DNA from: Lobosporangium transversale
Lineage: Eukaryota
Assembly (NCBI RefSeq): GCF_002105155.1
Contig: NW_019029000.1
Location: 310,001 to 374,000 of the forward strand
Length of the DNA stretch: 64,000 nt
Direction: 5' to 3'
Both the position numbers and the translations under genes were made by a program. Positions 49,806-60,542 of this stretch are shown piece after piece. Each line of letters opens with the position of its first letter. The stretch's first letter is position 1. The notes beneath the pieces were generated by a model, which made no database searches, was not told the DNA's origin, and was given only the letters and a program-made list of their open reading frames with translations.

Positions 49806-50343
49806 TTATGATGGAGGTTTAGTATTGTCCTTGTTGAGCCCAGAGGCCTCATCATCATCAACGATTCCCAAGTTTCTTTTACGACGTTCCTCTCGTAGAG
49901 ATGCCAACTAAGAATGACCGTGGTATAAAAAAAAGGATTTTAGAAGAAAGTCATAACATATTTTGTCATGTGGGAAGAATCATTTTCTGTGTGAAATATT
50001 TTTTTTTTACCCATTTCTTTTTACAGTCCGAGTAGTCCTTAAAGAATCGTGTACACCGCCTTTTGTCATAGTTGTTCTCATCCATACATTTCAATGAAGC
50101 TCTGGTTTGGGCACGACAAGGATCCATGAATTGTGATTGAGCCTTTAAATTGTATTCCTTGTTGAATTCTTTTAGTTCTTCGTCCGTAGTATGAATGTGT
50201 TCATGACTACGACGTGGGCCCTTCTTGGGTTGTTCATCTGTAGAAGAAGAAGGTTGTTGTTGTTGCTGTGGTCTGAAGCTAGCGCTTGTGACCGTGGTAT
50301 TATTTCCTCGGTATACTGGCTTTGACTCTTCTTCCACTGACAT
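49806..50343 (-). CDS. COX23: Twin CX9C mitochondrial protein, cytochrome c oxidase assembly factor Cox23, 2 exons
   Basis: DPC-x9-C...C-x9-C pattern (DPCRAQTRASLKCMDENNYDKRRCTRFFKDYSDCKKKW). Second exon LASLREERRKRN... stops at 49806-49808. Confidence 0.88.
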
Positions 50344-50918
50344 AGTTTTATGATGCCCTTGAATGAGACAGGTTGCATTAAAAGAAGGGGAGGACGAAGG
50401 AAGAAAGAAGACTCAATAACCAGTTCTGAAGCACGTGACGCTATCTTTTTAATTCATTTTTTTTTTACGCGTCAAAGCTCATATCTGGTAATTTGGTACT
50501 TGCACATTCATTTATTAAAGAGCAACAAAGTATAAATGATATTTGATCTAAATTGCAACCGGATTTTGCTCTTTAGTTCTCTAAGTATCCATTTAAGGGC
50601 CACTTTCAACGAAAATGCCTCGGTATAATAATCACGATTATTATAGCTACTTCTATTTTTGATGAAGGATCGAATAGAGCTTAACAATACGGCCGTCGAG
50701 ACCCATCATATGTATGAAATAGGTCTTTGTGGATATCAGCAGAGTGCTCAAGTTGATGCTCAATGGTCTGATAGGAACCATGAAGTCTATCAGACCTCAT
50801 ATCCCTGCCAAGGGGTAAGACAGATATTATATGGCATTTATTTTCAAATTGTGAGAGCGAAGGATAGAAGCTATGACAATGTTTTTCCACCGAGAAAACC
50901 ATTGGTGGAATCGCAGAC

Positions 50919-52528
50919 TTAGCGCACATTACCTTTCTTTTTTGGAGTATTCATGACAATAGAATCAAGGTCACGCTGCTCTAATGGTAGTATGGTCCGT
51001 TCCTGCCGCAAAAAGCTTTCGTCCACTGCCTGTGTCCGCGCATCCTCGACCTTCTGCTGCATGCTGCGGAGATGTTGCTAATATAGAGAGAAAAGATACA
51101 AAATAAATAAATAAGACAAACAAGCACACAAGATAAATAAATGGTAAGAGCCGGATACAGCTGGGACGTAACATTACCACATATGTGAGCAACCACCCGA
51201 GAGACTGCCCACCCAGGAACGCCTTCAAGTCTTTCTCATTAAGTGGTAACCTAATGCAAATTTGAGACAACAGACCAGAGACATGGACGCCTTCGTGCCA
51301 GCGGAGATAGACAATAGTGCCAGTGTAGCCAGAGACGTCAAGGAAAACCATGTAATCACCATTGTCAAGTTCAAACTTCACATGTCGCTGCAAATAAACT
51401 AAAATGGCTTTGTTAATGCGAATGTTTTTTCGAGACTGCCTTTTGTTCTCTTCAATATCTACCCCAACAGCCTTGAATTCGCTGTTATTTAATACAAGCG
51501 CATCCAGATGCAGGTGGAGATCCATCTTACGGCCACAGACACTCTTGCTTGTTCCACTAAATTCATGCTCTTGAAGGACTCTAATCTCTTTTGTTGCATC
51601 ACTTGCGGGCTCGCCACTAGAAAATGAAGCAGCAAACATTAGTTACATGGTCACATTACGGTAGTATTAATAATAAGGCATACTGCGAGTACATACGTCT
51701 CAAACTTGAGCAACCCTTCCGAGATAAAATCGAAGACGGTCTTCCACGTTGAGACAACTGCATGCTCAGACTCGCCAAATGTTCCTGTAATAATTTTGTC
51801 CACTCTAACGAATATAAAATTCAAAGCTAGATGCAATCGATAAAAGTGTACGAAAGAATGAGGCGATGACAGATAGATATAAAACTTACAGGAATCGGAC
51901 AACGTCTAGAGCAATCTTGAGCAAAGGATGCACTTGTTCTCCCCGCCGCACCTTGCCTACACGTTCGGCATCCATAATGCTGATCTCATCACGAAGATAT
52001 TGTATACCATATTTAGTGAGAATTTCCTTTAGCATTTGGAGCGGGTCTCTGATGCTGTCATCAGGATGCACTCTGGGTGCTGCTCTCTCGATGTCGTTGA
52101 TCAGACGCGTGCCGAACATGTCTTTGATATTGGCAGCCCGAAGATTGATCACGCCTGACAGCGCCACCAGAAGATCCTTCTCGTGCTGGAGGGCAGTTTT
52201 AGTGTCCTCGAGATGGGCACGGATATAGGTGTATAGCACCTTGCGCGTCAGGCATAAACCATCTCCAGAGGGCATTGGTGTGTCTGACCGGCCATGGCGC
52301 AGAATCTCATGCATGATCTTCATAAGCGAACCCCAAGGCTCGCAGAAGGACGAGGACGACGCAACTTCCAGAGTCTCGGTCCTAGCTCGCTTCCGGACAA
52401 GTTCCTCTGACTGGCTGATCGTTGAGGGCCTCTCCTTTGTGATGTCTTTGACAAGTTCGTCCTCGGCATGGACTATCAGGGCGGCAGCACTCGCAAAGGA
52501 GTTTGCCCGTAATTTTTCCTAGATGTAT

Positions 52529-52563
<35 letters not shown>

Positions 52564-52970
52564 ATAAATGAACTTAAGCCTCGGGCAACACGAATATCAT
52601 AGGTACGCTTTTATAACCTACTTTTGCATTTTCGGCGGCTTGAACAGCAGCTCGTTGTTTCTTCAAACAAGTTTGGATTTGGAAGTCTGGCAACTGTGGC
52701 AGTCATTGGCTGATTAATCATTGTAATCTATATAACTATATAAAGCGTTTGTATGAATAGCAAGTAACATACCGTAACCGTGCTGAGAAGCTCAAGAGCA
52801 GTTCTTTTTTCAAGATCTCCAGCCTCTGGTGTGCCATGAATCTGACGCAAAAAGTCTCGAAAAGCTCTGTAATGGGCCTTGGCATCACTCTTTGGGCGGT
52901 TATTGATGAAATTCCCAATATCATTCCATTGAGAAGGGCCTTGTCGGAAGTGTGCGGGTAAGCGATCCAT
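50919..52970 (-). CDS. Hypothetical protein with a C-terminal PD-(D/E)XK restriction-endonuclease-like domain, about 6 exons
   Basis: Exons join in frame from MDRLPAHF (52970) to ...NTPKKKGNVR*. The C-terminal domain has GEPAS, GRKMD, NSEFK and QSRKNIRINKAIL, a D...ExK layout. The CDS is well supported; the fold assignment is inference. Confidence 0.7.
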
Positions 52971-53187
52971 GCCGTGTTTGTGTTTGTGTGTCAATGTGTG
53001 AAGAGAAATGCATAAAGTGATGTCAAAGCCTAATAGAGTGAGAAGCTCGTGTCACGCGATTATATAAAATGTGGCGTTATTCTCCCGGGCCATGAGGATT
53101 TAGAATCAACACCATTTCGTTGCCATCACAGATTGTAACTCAAGGACGCTTGAAAGGTAAGAGGTAACTCTGTCAAGTATGATGGAC

Positions 53188-53817
53188 GCTGCAACCTGGC
53201 ATACGGGTGAAAGTGAATAGGCCCGAACCCTTAGATGGGAACCGGTGTTCTTGACACGCTTGTTTCTCGGGACAGCGTGAATAAGGACTAGGGAGACCTG
53301 CAGGTTTTTTTGTATAGCCTAAGGCCCGATCCTGATAAAACACTTTCTCTGCTCAGGTAGCGAGATTGATGAAAGGTCTGAACCCTTAGATGGGAACCGG
53401 CGTCTCTGACACTACAGTGATGCAGTGGACCAGTGACTTAACCTGCTGATGGATTGCAACACAGCAGCTCAAAAACATCAAAAGTCCATTTCTACTTGCC
53501 TACATTCATTGCGAGGTGTTGTTTGCGTTGCAACTTGGCGTACGGGGGAAAGTGAATAGGCCCGAACCCTTAGATGGGAACCGGTGTTCTTGACACGCTT
53601 GTTTCTCGGGACAGCGTGAATAAGGACTAGGGAGACCTGCAGGTTTTTTGTATAGCCTAAGGCCCGATCCTGATAAAACACTTTCTCTGCTCAGGTAGCG
53701 AGATTGATGAAAGGTCTGAACCCTTAGATGGGAACCGGCGTCTCTGACACTGCAGTGATGCAGTGGACCAGTGACTTAATCTGCTGATGGATTGCAACAC
53801 AGCAGCTCAAAAACATC
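53188..53817. repeat. Near-identical direct repeat of about 290 bp (53188-53479 and 53527-53817), each copy holding two copies of the 21-mer GAACCCTTAGATGGGAACCGG
   Basis: 21-mer starts at 53225, 53380, 53564 and 53718 (period 338-339). Only a few substitutions and one single-base indel are visible between the copies. Confidence 0.95.
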
Positions 53818-54237
53818 GAGAGTCGATAACACTTTCTAGATGAGAAGTTATCCCAACTGAATACTTCAGTTTCTGATTGAGTGTTACCTGCTTGTTAATT
53901 GTCCTTTGAGATTGAAATGAGACATTAACTCCTTTTTTATTTTCTGTCTAAGGTTATACAAGTCTCTTCATAACTCGCGTTCTAGATGGTAGCCACTGTA
54001 ATTCAAGACGGTTTTACAAGAAGTTTATTTCATCGAGTTTTCATATCCTTCTAGCTAATAAAACATCACTTTTCAAAGACTTGTTGACATTTGGGTATAT
54101 GGTGTCTCTATTTATCATAGCAATACCTAGCGATTATTAGCGACTTATAATTTCCATAGACATTTCTAGTTATTCGGGAAGCCAGGTTGATCGACTAAGG
54201 CTTAGGTGCATGGTTTTCCTTGTGGTACAAAAAAAAA

Positions 54238-54535
54238 ATCAATCTCAAATATTCGGTTAGGATAGCTTCTTGTCTAGATTTTAATATCGGCTCCCGATGT
54301 TTTTGATCTTGTGTATTGCAATTCATCAGCAAGCTAAGTCACTGGTCCACTGTATCGCTGCAGTGTCAGAGACGCCGGTTCCCATCTAAAGGTTCTAGCC
54401 TATTCACTTTCTCATGCACCAAACTACAGCATCCATCATGCTCGACAAAGTTCCCTCGTATCTTTTCAAATGCCTCCGGATTACAATCTGTCATGGTATG
54501 AAGTTACGAGGTCTATATGATTAGAGTCCTAATGC
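54238..54535 (-). repeat. Diverged inverted copy of the 53.1-53.9 kb sequence
   Basis: Its reverse complement aligns to about 53090-53245 and 53718-53878. It includes the inverted 21-mer at 54375-54395 (one mismatch). Differences are mostly transitions. Confidence 0.88.
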
Positions 54536-54735
54536 TGTATTCGGTGATTTTCGACAGTGCACTTTTTCACTAGTGTACCAAAGTCTAGCTATTCCTTTCA
54601 CCGGTGGACTTGTATTACTGGTCTACAAGTAGGGGTATGATGTAGCCTAATACAAAAATATCCCAGTGTGCTCTTGGTACACCATACCAAAACCACCGAC
54701 GATGAGGATTTTCTGAGTGGTGGTGCGCTGCACCG

Positions 54736-54773
<38 letters not shown>

Positions 54774-55846
54774 TGGTGCAAGATCCACTAGACCGGTGGA
54801 AACCAAAGAGCGGCAAGTTGATCAGGCCTTTAATAGTTGGCCCATGCAGGTTTGATCCATAGTGGCTAGGCATCACGGCGTCAAGATAAGTTGACAGGGG
54901 TTCTCATAGCTGACCATTCGTGTGGCTGTTTTTAGTGTTCCAGTTTAATTTGGCGTGTGGCGGAGCATCAAGTCTAGAGTCCTCGCCAAAAAGTCACGAA
55001 CTGCATTGAGAAAAACTATATTTTTTAAGTAGAATGAATGAATTGGATGCCGTGGCCACCAAAATCGTAGTTTTTTTATTAAAAATATTAGAATTTGCTA
55101 AGATGAACAGCAATTTTCGATCTCACTCGGCCTCATTCTCTCTCACCTTCATTGTCAACCTCATTCTCATTCTTCAAATAGCAAAATGTCCTCAACTTTT
55201 GATAATAATAGCCCACCTTCATATTCAATGGCCTGTGGCTGAAAACGCTTCCATAGAATAAATTTTGACTTTGTACGTATCCAAAAGTGGAAGTATTTTA
55301 TTCAATTTAAAAGCGAGGACTCTATGAGCGAATGTGATACGAAGCTAGGAAATATAAAGTCTTTCTTACCCTTTACTAAATGCCAAGTAAAATTAGTGAG
55401 AAAAGCCTTTTTTCGTTAAAGATAGAGATCTGGGCTTGGTGGTTTTTGTATTTTTTGTATGTGCTACAACTTTGGGGAAATATACTAAGCCCATAGTCAT
55501 TTTGTTTAATGCAAATGCCAAGAGAATGAATGATTACCGGGGATTAGGCTGTAACTGACTGTGGCTGTAACTTCAGTATTCAATGACGTCTATTGAACAG
55601 TTTTTTTTTTTTTTTTTGTTTTTTTTTGGCTGTTGCCATGAGCAATCCTTACGCCGTAGAATGTGGGATAAATGTATGGGGAGAAAGAAAGGAATAGCCA
55701 TACCCTATTTTTCTATAAAAAAGAGTTTTTTTTTCATCATCACATCGTTTCTCAAACTACAACAACACCAAAATAACCTCGCTTCACCTCAATCGCACCC
55801 CTTTCAGCTGGACCATATACTTCTTTTCTTTTTCCTGAACAAAGCA

Positions 55847-56386
55847 ATGCACGCCTTCTCTTTCGTTTCTACCACCGCTCTTGCTTTCCTGGCGACTCTA
55901 TTACTGCTGGCGACTACCCCAGCGTCTGTCAAGGCGGACTGTGTCCTTGAGTGTACTGAAATTGTTTTCAATATCGGTTTCTGTGGTTCTCTCAGTGATT
56001 TGGGAGATCGCGATGCTGCTGATATGCCTCCCGTAGGCGCCGGCAACACAGACCGCGACAAATGTCTTTGCAAACAGGATATTGCTAGACTCTATCGTAA
56101 GTTGTCCTCTTTGCTTTTTTTTTTTTTTTTTTTTTTTACTTTATTCTAAATTGACATCCAACGCAACGCGTCAATTTTTTTTTTACTATGATCATTAGGC
56201 AAGTGCCAACTCTGCAGAGATCCTTTAAATGCCAATGCTCAAGTTGACAAGTTTGTGGCTGCATGTAATCTCCAAGATCCCTCTCGTCATCTTGTCAATG
56301 GCGCAAGTAGCCCCAACAAGATTTCATTTGGTACATTCGTAAGGTCTGGACTCTTGGTCAGCGGTCTCGCATACATTGTAGCTTAA
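55847..56386 (+). CDS. Small secreted 8-cysteine CFEM-like protein, probably GPI-anchored, 2 exons (55847-56096, 56199-56386)
   Basis: Signal peptide ending VKA. Cysteine spacing C-x3-C-x8-C...DKCLC-x9-C-x2-C...C. C-terminal NGASS followed by a hydrophobic tail (GLLVSGLAYIVA*). Confidence 0.8.
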
Positions 56387-56522
56387 AAAAAAAAAATACA
56401 GTGATCACCTTTAATTAGTAGGCATTTTAATATTTGCTATAGATAGAAATTTAAAAAATAAGAAAAAAAATTGTGCGAGCAGAATAAGCGAAAGATTGAA
56501 TGGATGGATTGCAATAGCTTCT

Positions 56523-57446
56523 TTATTCAACCAGTTTGTGCAGCTGAAAATGGGTATTATTGATAGATTCAAGCGCACGCAGCAAACATATTTTGAGCTC
56601 TGGACTCATATCCTTGTTTACTAAATCCCAAGGCAGAAGTCTTGATGAATGAGACGTAGTCGCGAGCTTGTCCGCTGCTTCATTCCCCTCAACCCCACTA
56701 TGCCCAGGTATCCATGCCGCCACAACCATTCGCCCTTGTTGAGCATAGGCAGTTTGAACAAGTTTCCACCATTCAGCATTTGGCCGTGATGGCTTACTGG
56801 GGATGGTATTGGATTGAATATGATTAACAAACCCATGGACAACCGATAAGGCGTCAATGAATATTGCTGCTGGTTGATACCTTGGACAACACAATATAGC
56901 GGCTAAAAAGCCCACGATTTCAGCCTTTGATGAGGGTCCCCTGCTATCGTTGATATCCTGAACTGTCCCATAAACGGCAGGCCTGTAAATGCCATCTTCA
57001 TCCAAAAAAGTAACACCAAAGCTTACACGAGCCCGGGCGCTGTAGTGGGGAGAATAGGACCCATCAGAGTATAGACAGCGTGCTCCGCTTCGTCGCCTCA
57101 AAGCCTGTCTTGCGGCTCTAATCATTTTTTGTGTCTCAGTATCAAAAATAAGGCCCGGCAGGTCTGTATCGTTGTCTAACGAGCTCAAGCTGAGGGTACT
57201 GAAGTCATCATGGATTTTATCTTCAGTTTCACCAATCGTGAGGATTCTGGACTTTTCAGCCTTGGTAGGACGTGTATGACCAAACTCTTTACGACGCTGC
57301 TTTTCAGCAGTAATCACGCGATTTGCCCATGGAGGATAATCTTGAGTTGAGAGGCTTTGAAGATCCTTGAGCACCAAAATCTGACTATAAAATGTTCCTA
57401 TGACACTGCGATTTGGTGTACAATGTGAATGATATGTTGTTGTCAT
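56523..57446 (-). CDS. Stand-alone intronless RNase H (RNase HI-type) domain protein, probably retroelement-derived
   Basis: 307-aa ORF with LYSDGS, SSKAEIVG, IFIDAL and WIPGHSGVEGNEAADKLA. All D-E-D-(H)-D catalytic positions are present. Confidence 0.85.
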   Translation of the reverse strand: MTTTYHSHCTPNRSVIGTFYSQILVLKDLQSLSTQDYPPWANRVITAEKQRRKEFGHTRPTKAEKSRILTIGETEDKIHDDFSTLSLSSLDNDTDLPGLIFDTETQKMIRAARQALRRRSGARCLYSDGSYSPHYSARARVSFGVTFLDEDGIYRPAVYGTVQDINDSRGPSSKAEIVGFLAAILCCPRYQPAAIFIDALSVVHGFVNHIQSNTIPSKPSRPNAEWWKLVQTAYAQQGRMVVAAWIPGHSGVEGNEAADKLATTSHSSRLLPWDLVNKDMSPELKICLLRALESINNTHFQLHKLVE

Positions 57447-57708
57447 AGTGATAAAGTTTTATTTGTCAAGAAAATGGTTAACAGATTAACATGCTACATT
57501 TGTTCATTTCGATTCCTACTTTAATCACATGAGCATGGATTGGCATCAAAGCGTTGTAGCTCCTCATCATAACTAGTGTGACAAAAAACCACACGGATAT
57601 TCTTATTCGTTGTTACACAGACTCAAATCATGCAATTTATTTATTTATTTTGATGCTTTGTACAAACAGGATTGTGTTGCTTTGTTGCTTTCTTTTTTTC
57701 TTATTTCT

Positions 57709-60542
57709 TTAGTCAATGTCCATATCCTTGGTGTCATCCTCCTTGGTCTCTGGGGTGTTCTTGGTCTCTGGGGTGGATGGCGTTGATGCTTCTGCAGGGG
57801 GAGTATCCACAACAACAGGCTTGGGCTTTGGCTTGTTAAGGATAGGTGTAGCAAAGTAGATAAGGTCATCACGTTGCTTACGGATCTCAGCTGAGGTCAC
57901 AACGGGTTCTTCATACTTCTTCAACATTGACTGGCGCTCTTCTTTGTTCTCAATCCATGTCTGTGCCTTCGAACACTTCTCAACAATGCTGTTCTTCTCG
58001 GCTTCAGGAATGTGGGCATACTTTTCCTCTGTGCTAGTGGCCTGAGCCAAGAGATTGTTGATGGTCTCGCGAAGTTCACGGCCTGCAAGAGGACGAGCCT
58101 CTGCCTCGCGATAACGATGAATGACAGGATTGCCGACCACCTGGAGCTCCTTCAACTTGTCGAAGTAGACAGACTTGGTGGTCTCCTCACCCTCATCATA
58201 GAGCCAATTCTCGGCATCATTCAAGTCCTGGATAAACTTATCCTTATCGGCAGGGTTGATATAATCTTTGTAGGCACCTCCACTGACCTTGGAGCGGGTA
58301 TCATAGATGAACTCCTCCAAAGTGTTCTTAGCCATCTCGGTATCGACTACCAACTTGTCAGAGGCAATCATCTCATTTTCCTTCTCTCTCAGCTCGTTGA
58401 TGATGGAGCGATCGAGGCTGGAAGTGGCGCTGACAACGGGTAGATCTCCCTTCTTGACCAACTTCTTGACCTTGCGAGTCAAAGGTGCATCGGGATTCTC
58501 CTCAGCGTTAGCATTTTCCTCAATCAGTTCGTCCTTAAGGACTTCCTCAACAACATATGCACTTTCAACACTCAAGATACCATGGATGTTGACTCTAGCC
58601 TTGACCTTGACGCAGGCAGCTTCACCATTAACTGGCTCAACCTTCTTGATAGAGAAGCGACCGATCCATGGGTTGATGCCTGCAGGAATGTCCTGTGGCT
58701 CAGCATAGTGTGCCTCAAGATCAAATGGCTCTGAACGGTAGAAAGTCAAGACCTTTGTTGAGGGGATGGAGTTATTCTTGTTGAACACAACCAGTTCAGT
58801 TTCATCCTCCTCAGGAGTAGGCTGCCAAGTGATCTTGATAGGATAACTGGTGATATCCTGAACAGTAAAGTCGCGGACCTTGAACGAGGGCGACAGAATG
58901 GCGCACTGAAGAGCAGCACCACGAGCAACAGCCTCGTCTTGGTTGAGGGTCGAAGAGAGCTCCTTGCCAAAGAAAGCTTGGATACGTTCCTTCAGGGCAG
59001 GAATACGAATACTGCCTCCGACCATCTCGACAGCATCAATATCCTCGATCTTCAATCCAGACTCATCCAGAGCTTTCTTGAGGGGAGCTTCACAACGTGA
59101 GATCAAATCCTTTGCTAGCTCCTCAAATTCGGAACGCTTCATCATCGAGGAAACATCGCGATCCTCCATGATAGACTCAATATTCAAAGGAGCCTCGGAA
59201 TTAGCGGAAAGAACCTTCTTGAGCTTCTCACACCCAGCCATTAAACGGATTATGGCCTTGCCGTTCGACTTGACATCAATGCCATATTTGGTCTTGAATT
59301 GATCAGCAAAGTGATTCACAAGCAGACGGTCAAAGTCACGGCCTCCAAAATGTCTGTCAAAAGCACGGGCTTTGATAGTAAGTTGACCCTTAATGAACGA
59401 GACAATGGAGACAGTGTATGAAGAATGACCGACATCGACAAAGCAGATATTGCGAGGCTTCTCCTCGGGAAGGTCGGTCTTGGTAATACCATAGCCGAGG
59501 GCAATGGCAGTGGAATCGTTGATTAGACGAAGGACATTCAATCCCGCAATTTCAGATGCATCTAATACAGCGCGGCGCTGAACATCTGTGAACCAGGAAG
59601 GGATGGCGATGACACAGTCGGAGACTGGCAATTTGGTCTCAACTGTAGCGATCTCTTTCATCTTGGTAAGGTACATGGCATAGATCTGGACCACAGTAAA
59701 GGTGGTTTCCTGTCCTTGATAGTTGACCTTGACACCAAGCTGACCATTGATATCGACCAAAGGAACAGTCAAGTATTGCTTCTCGATCTCCTGAATTTCC
59801 TTGTCTGCAAAGGTACGTCCGATAATACGCTTCAAGCACGAGACAGTGTTCTTGAAGTTGGAAATCTCCTGTGTCTTGGCGGTCTCGCCGAGATAGCGCT
59901 GCTTAGGACCAAATGAGACCAGTGACTGAGAGAGAGATAGAAGTTACAGAGCAAAAAATATTAACAATGGTTAGATCCTATTTATATTGGTAGCTTAAGA
60001 TGGACACAATGGTAATAAAAGGTGTCATTTTTCTCCTTTATCTCTTGTTGCTTTGCCTCTCTCCAGGGGAAGGCTGCCAAAAAGAAAAGAAGATCATAAA
60101 AGTACGCTTATTCCTTTTGAAGTGAGATCTAAACATATAATCTAGTGTCAAAATACTTACTGGTGTGAAGCGGTTTGAAACCTCATTGCAAATAACATCA
60201 ATGCCACGGTTTCTTGCGACAGCAATAATTGTCTGCAAGTTTCCGAGATCAATACCTAGCAATCATAAATATGTAACGGATCAGTTATTGTCGAACAAAC
60301 ATCCCTGCATAAAACAATTGAGTGAAGTAAAGAAAAAAGAGACAGGAGAGGCGGAAAGAAATGCCAAAATCATAGCTATCCATAATAAAGCTGGCTAACA
60401 GAAGGAAAAAATAAAAAAATAAAAAAGTTTCTTCTTTCTTCCTTGGAGCGATCTATGCGCAATTACTGTGATAACGTTTTTTTTTTTTTTTTTTTTTTTT
60501 TTTGTATAACTATCCGTTTAAATACATACCGACGACGGACAT
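57709..60542 (-). CDS. SSE1: Hsp110/Sse-family Hsp70 nucleotide exchange factor, 3 exons with a 13-nt first coding exon
   Basis: MSVV|GIDLGN...[53 protein letters not shown], acidic insertion and C-terminal DMDID. Confidence 0.96.

Noticed and set aside
53225..53250. 5S rRNA-like (caccggttcccatc on the - strand) or telomere/telomerase-like (acccttag) identity of the core
   Set aside because: Similarity is limited to 8-14 nt, with no flanking 5S structure and no TTAGGG array.
53320..53460. Hammerhead ribozyme (ctgataa...gaaa, ctgatgg)
   Set aside because: The invariant CUGAnGA core is not matched and I could not build stems I-III around it.
53225..53738. CRISPR array interpretation of the four 21-nt repeats
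   Set aside because: Spacers are about 130-160 nt and are themselves duplicated (1 equals 3), there are no cas genes, and the context is eukaryotic.
53370..53880. Decayed leucine-rich-repeat gene (GTGVSD, NTSVSD peptides)
   Set aside because: It needs several frameshifts and stops and shows no LxxLxL periodicity. Kept only as an alternative hypothesis for BLASTX.
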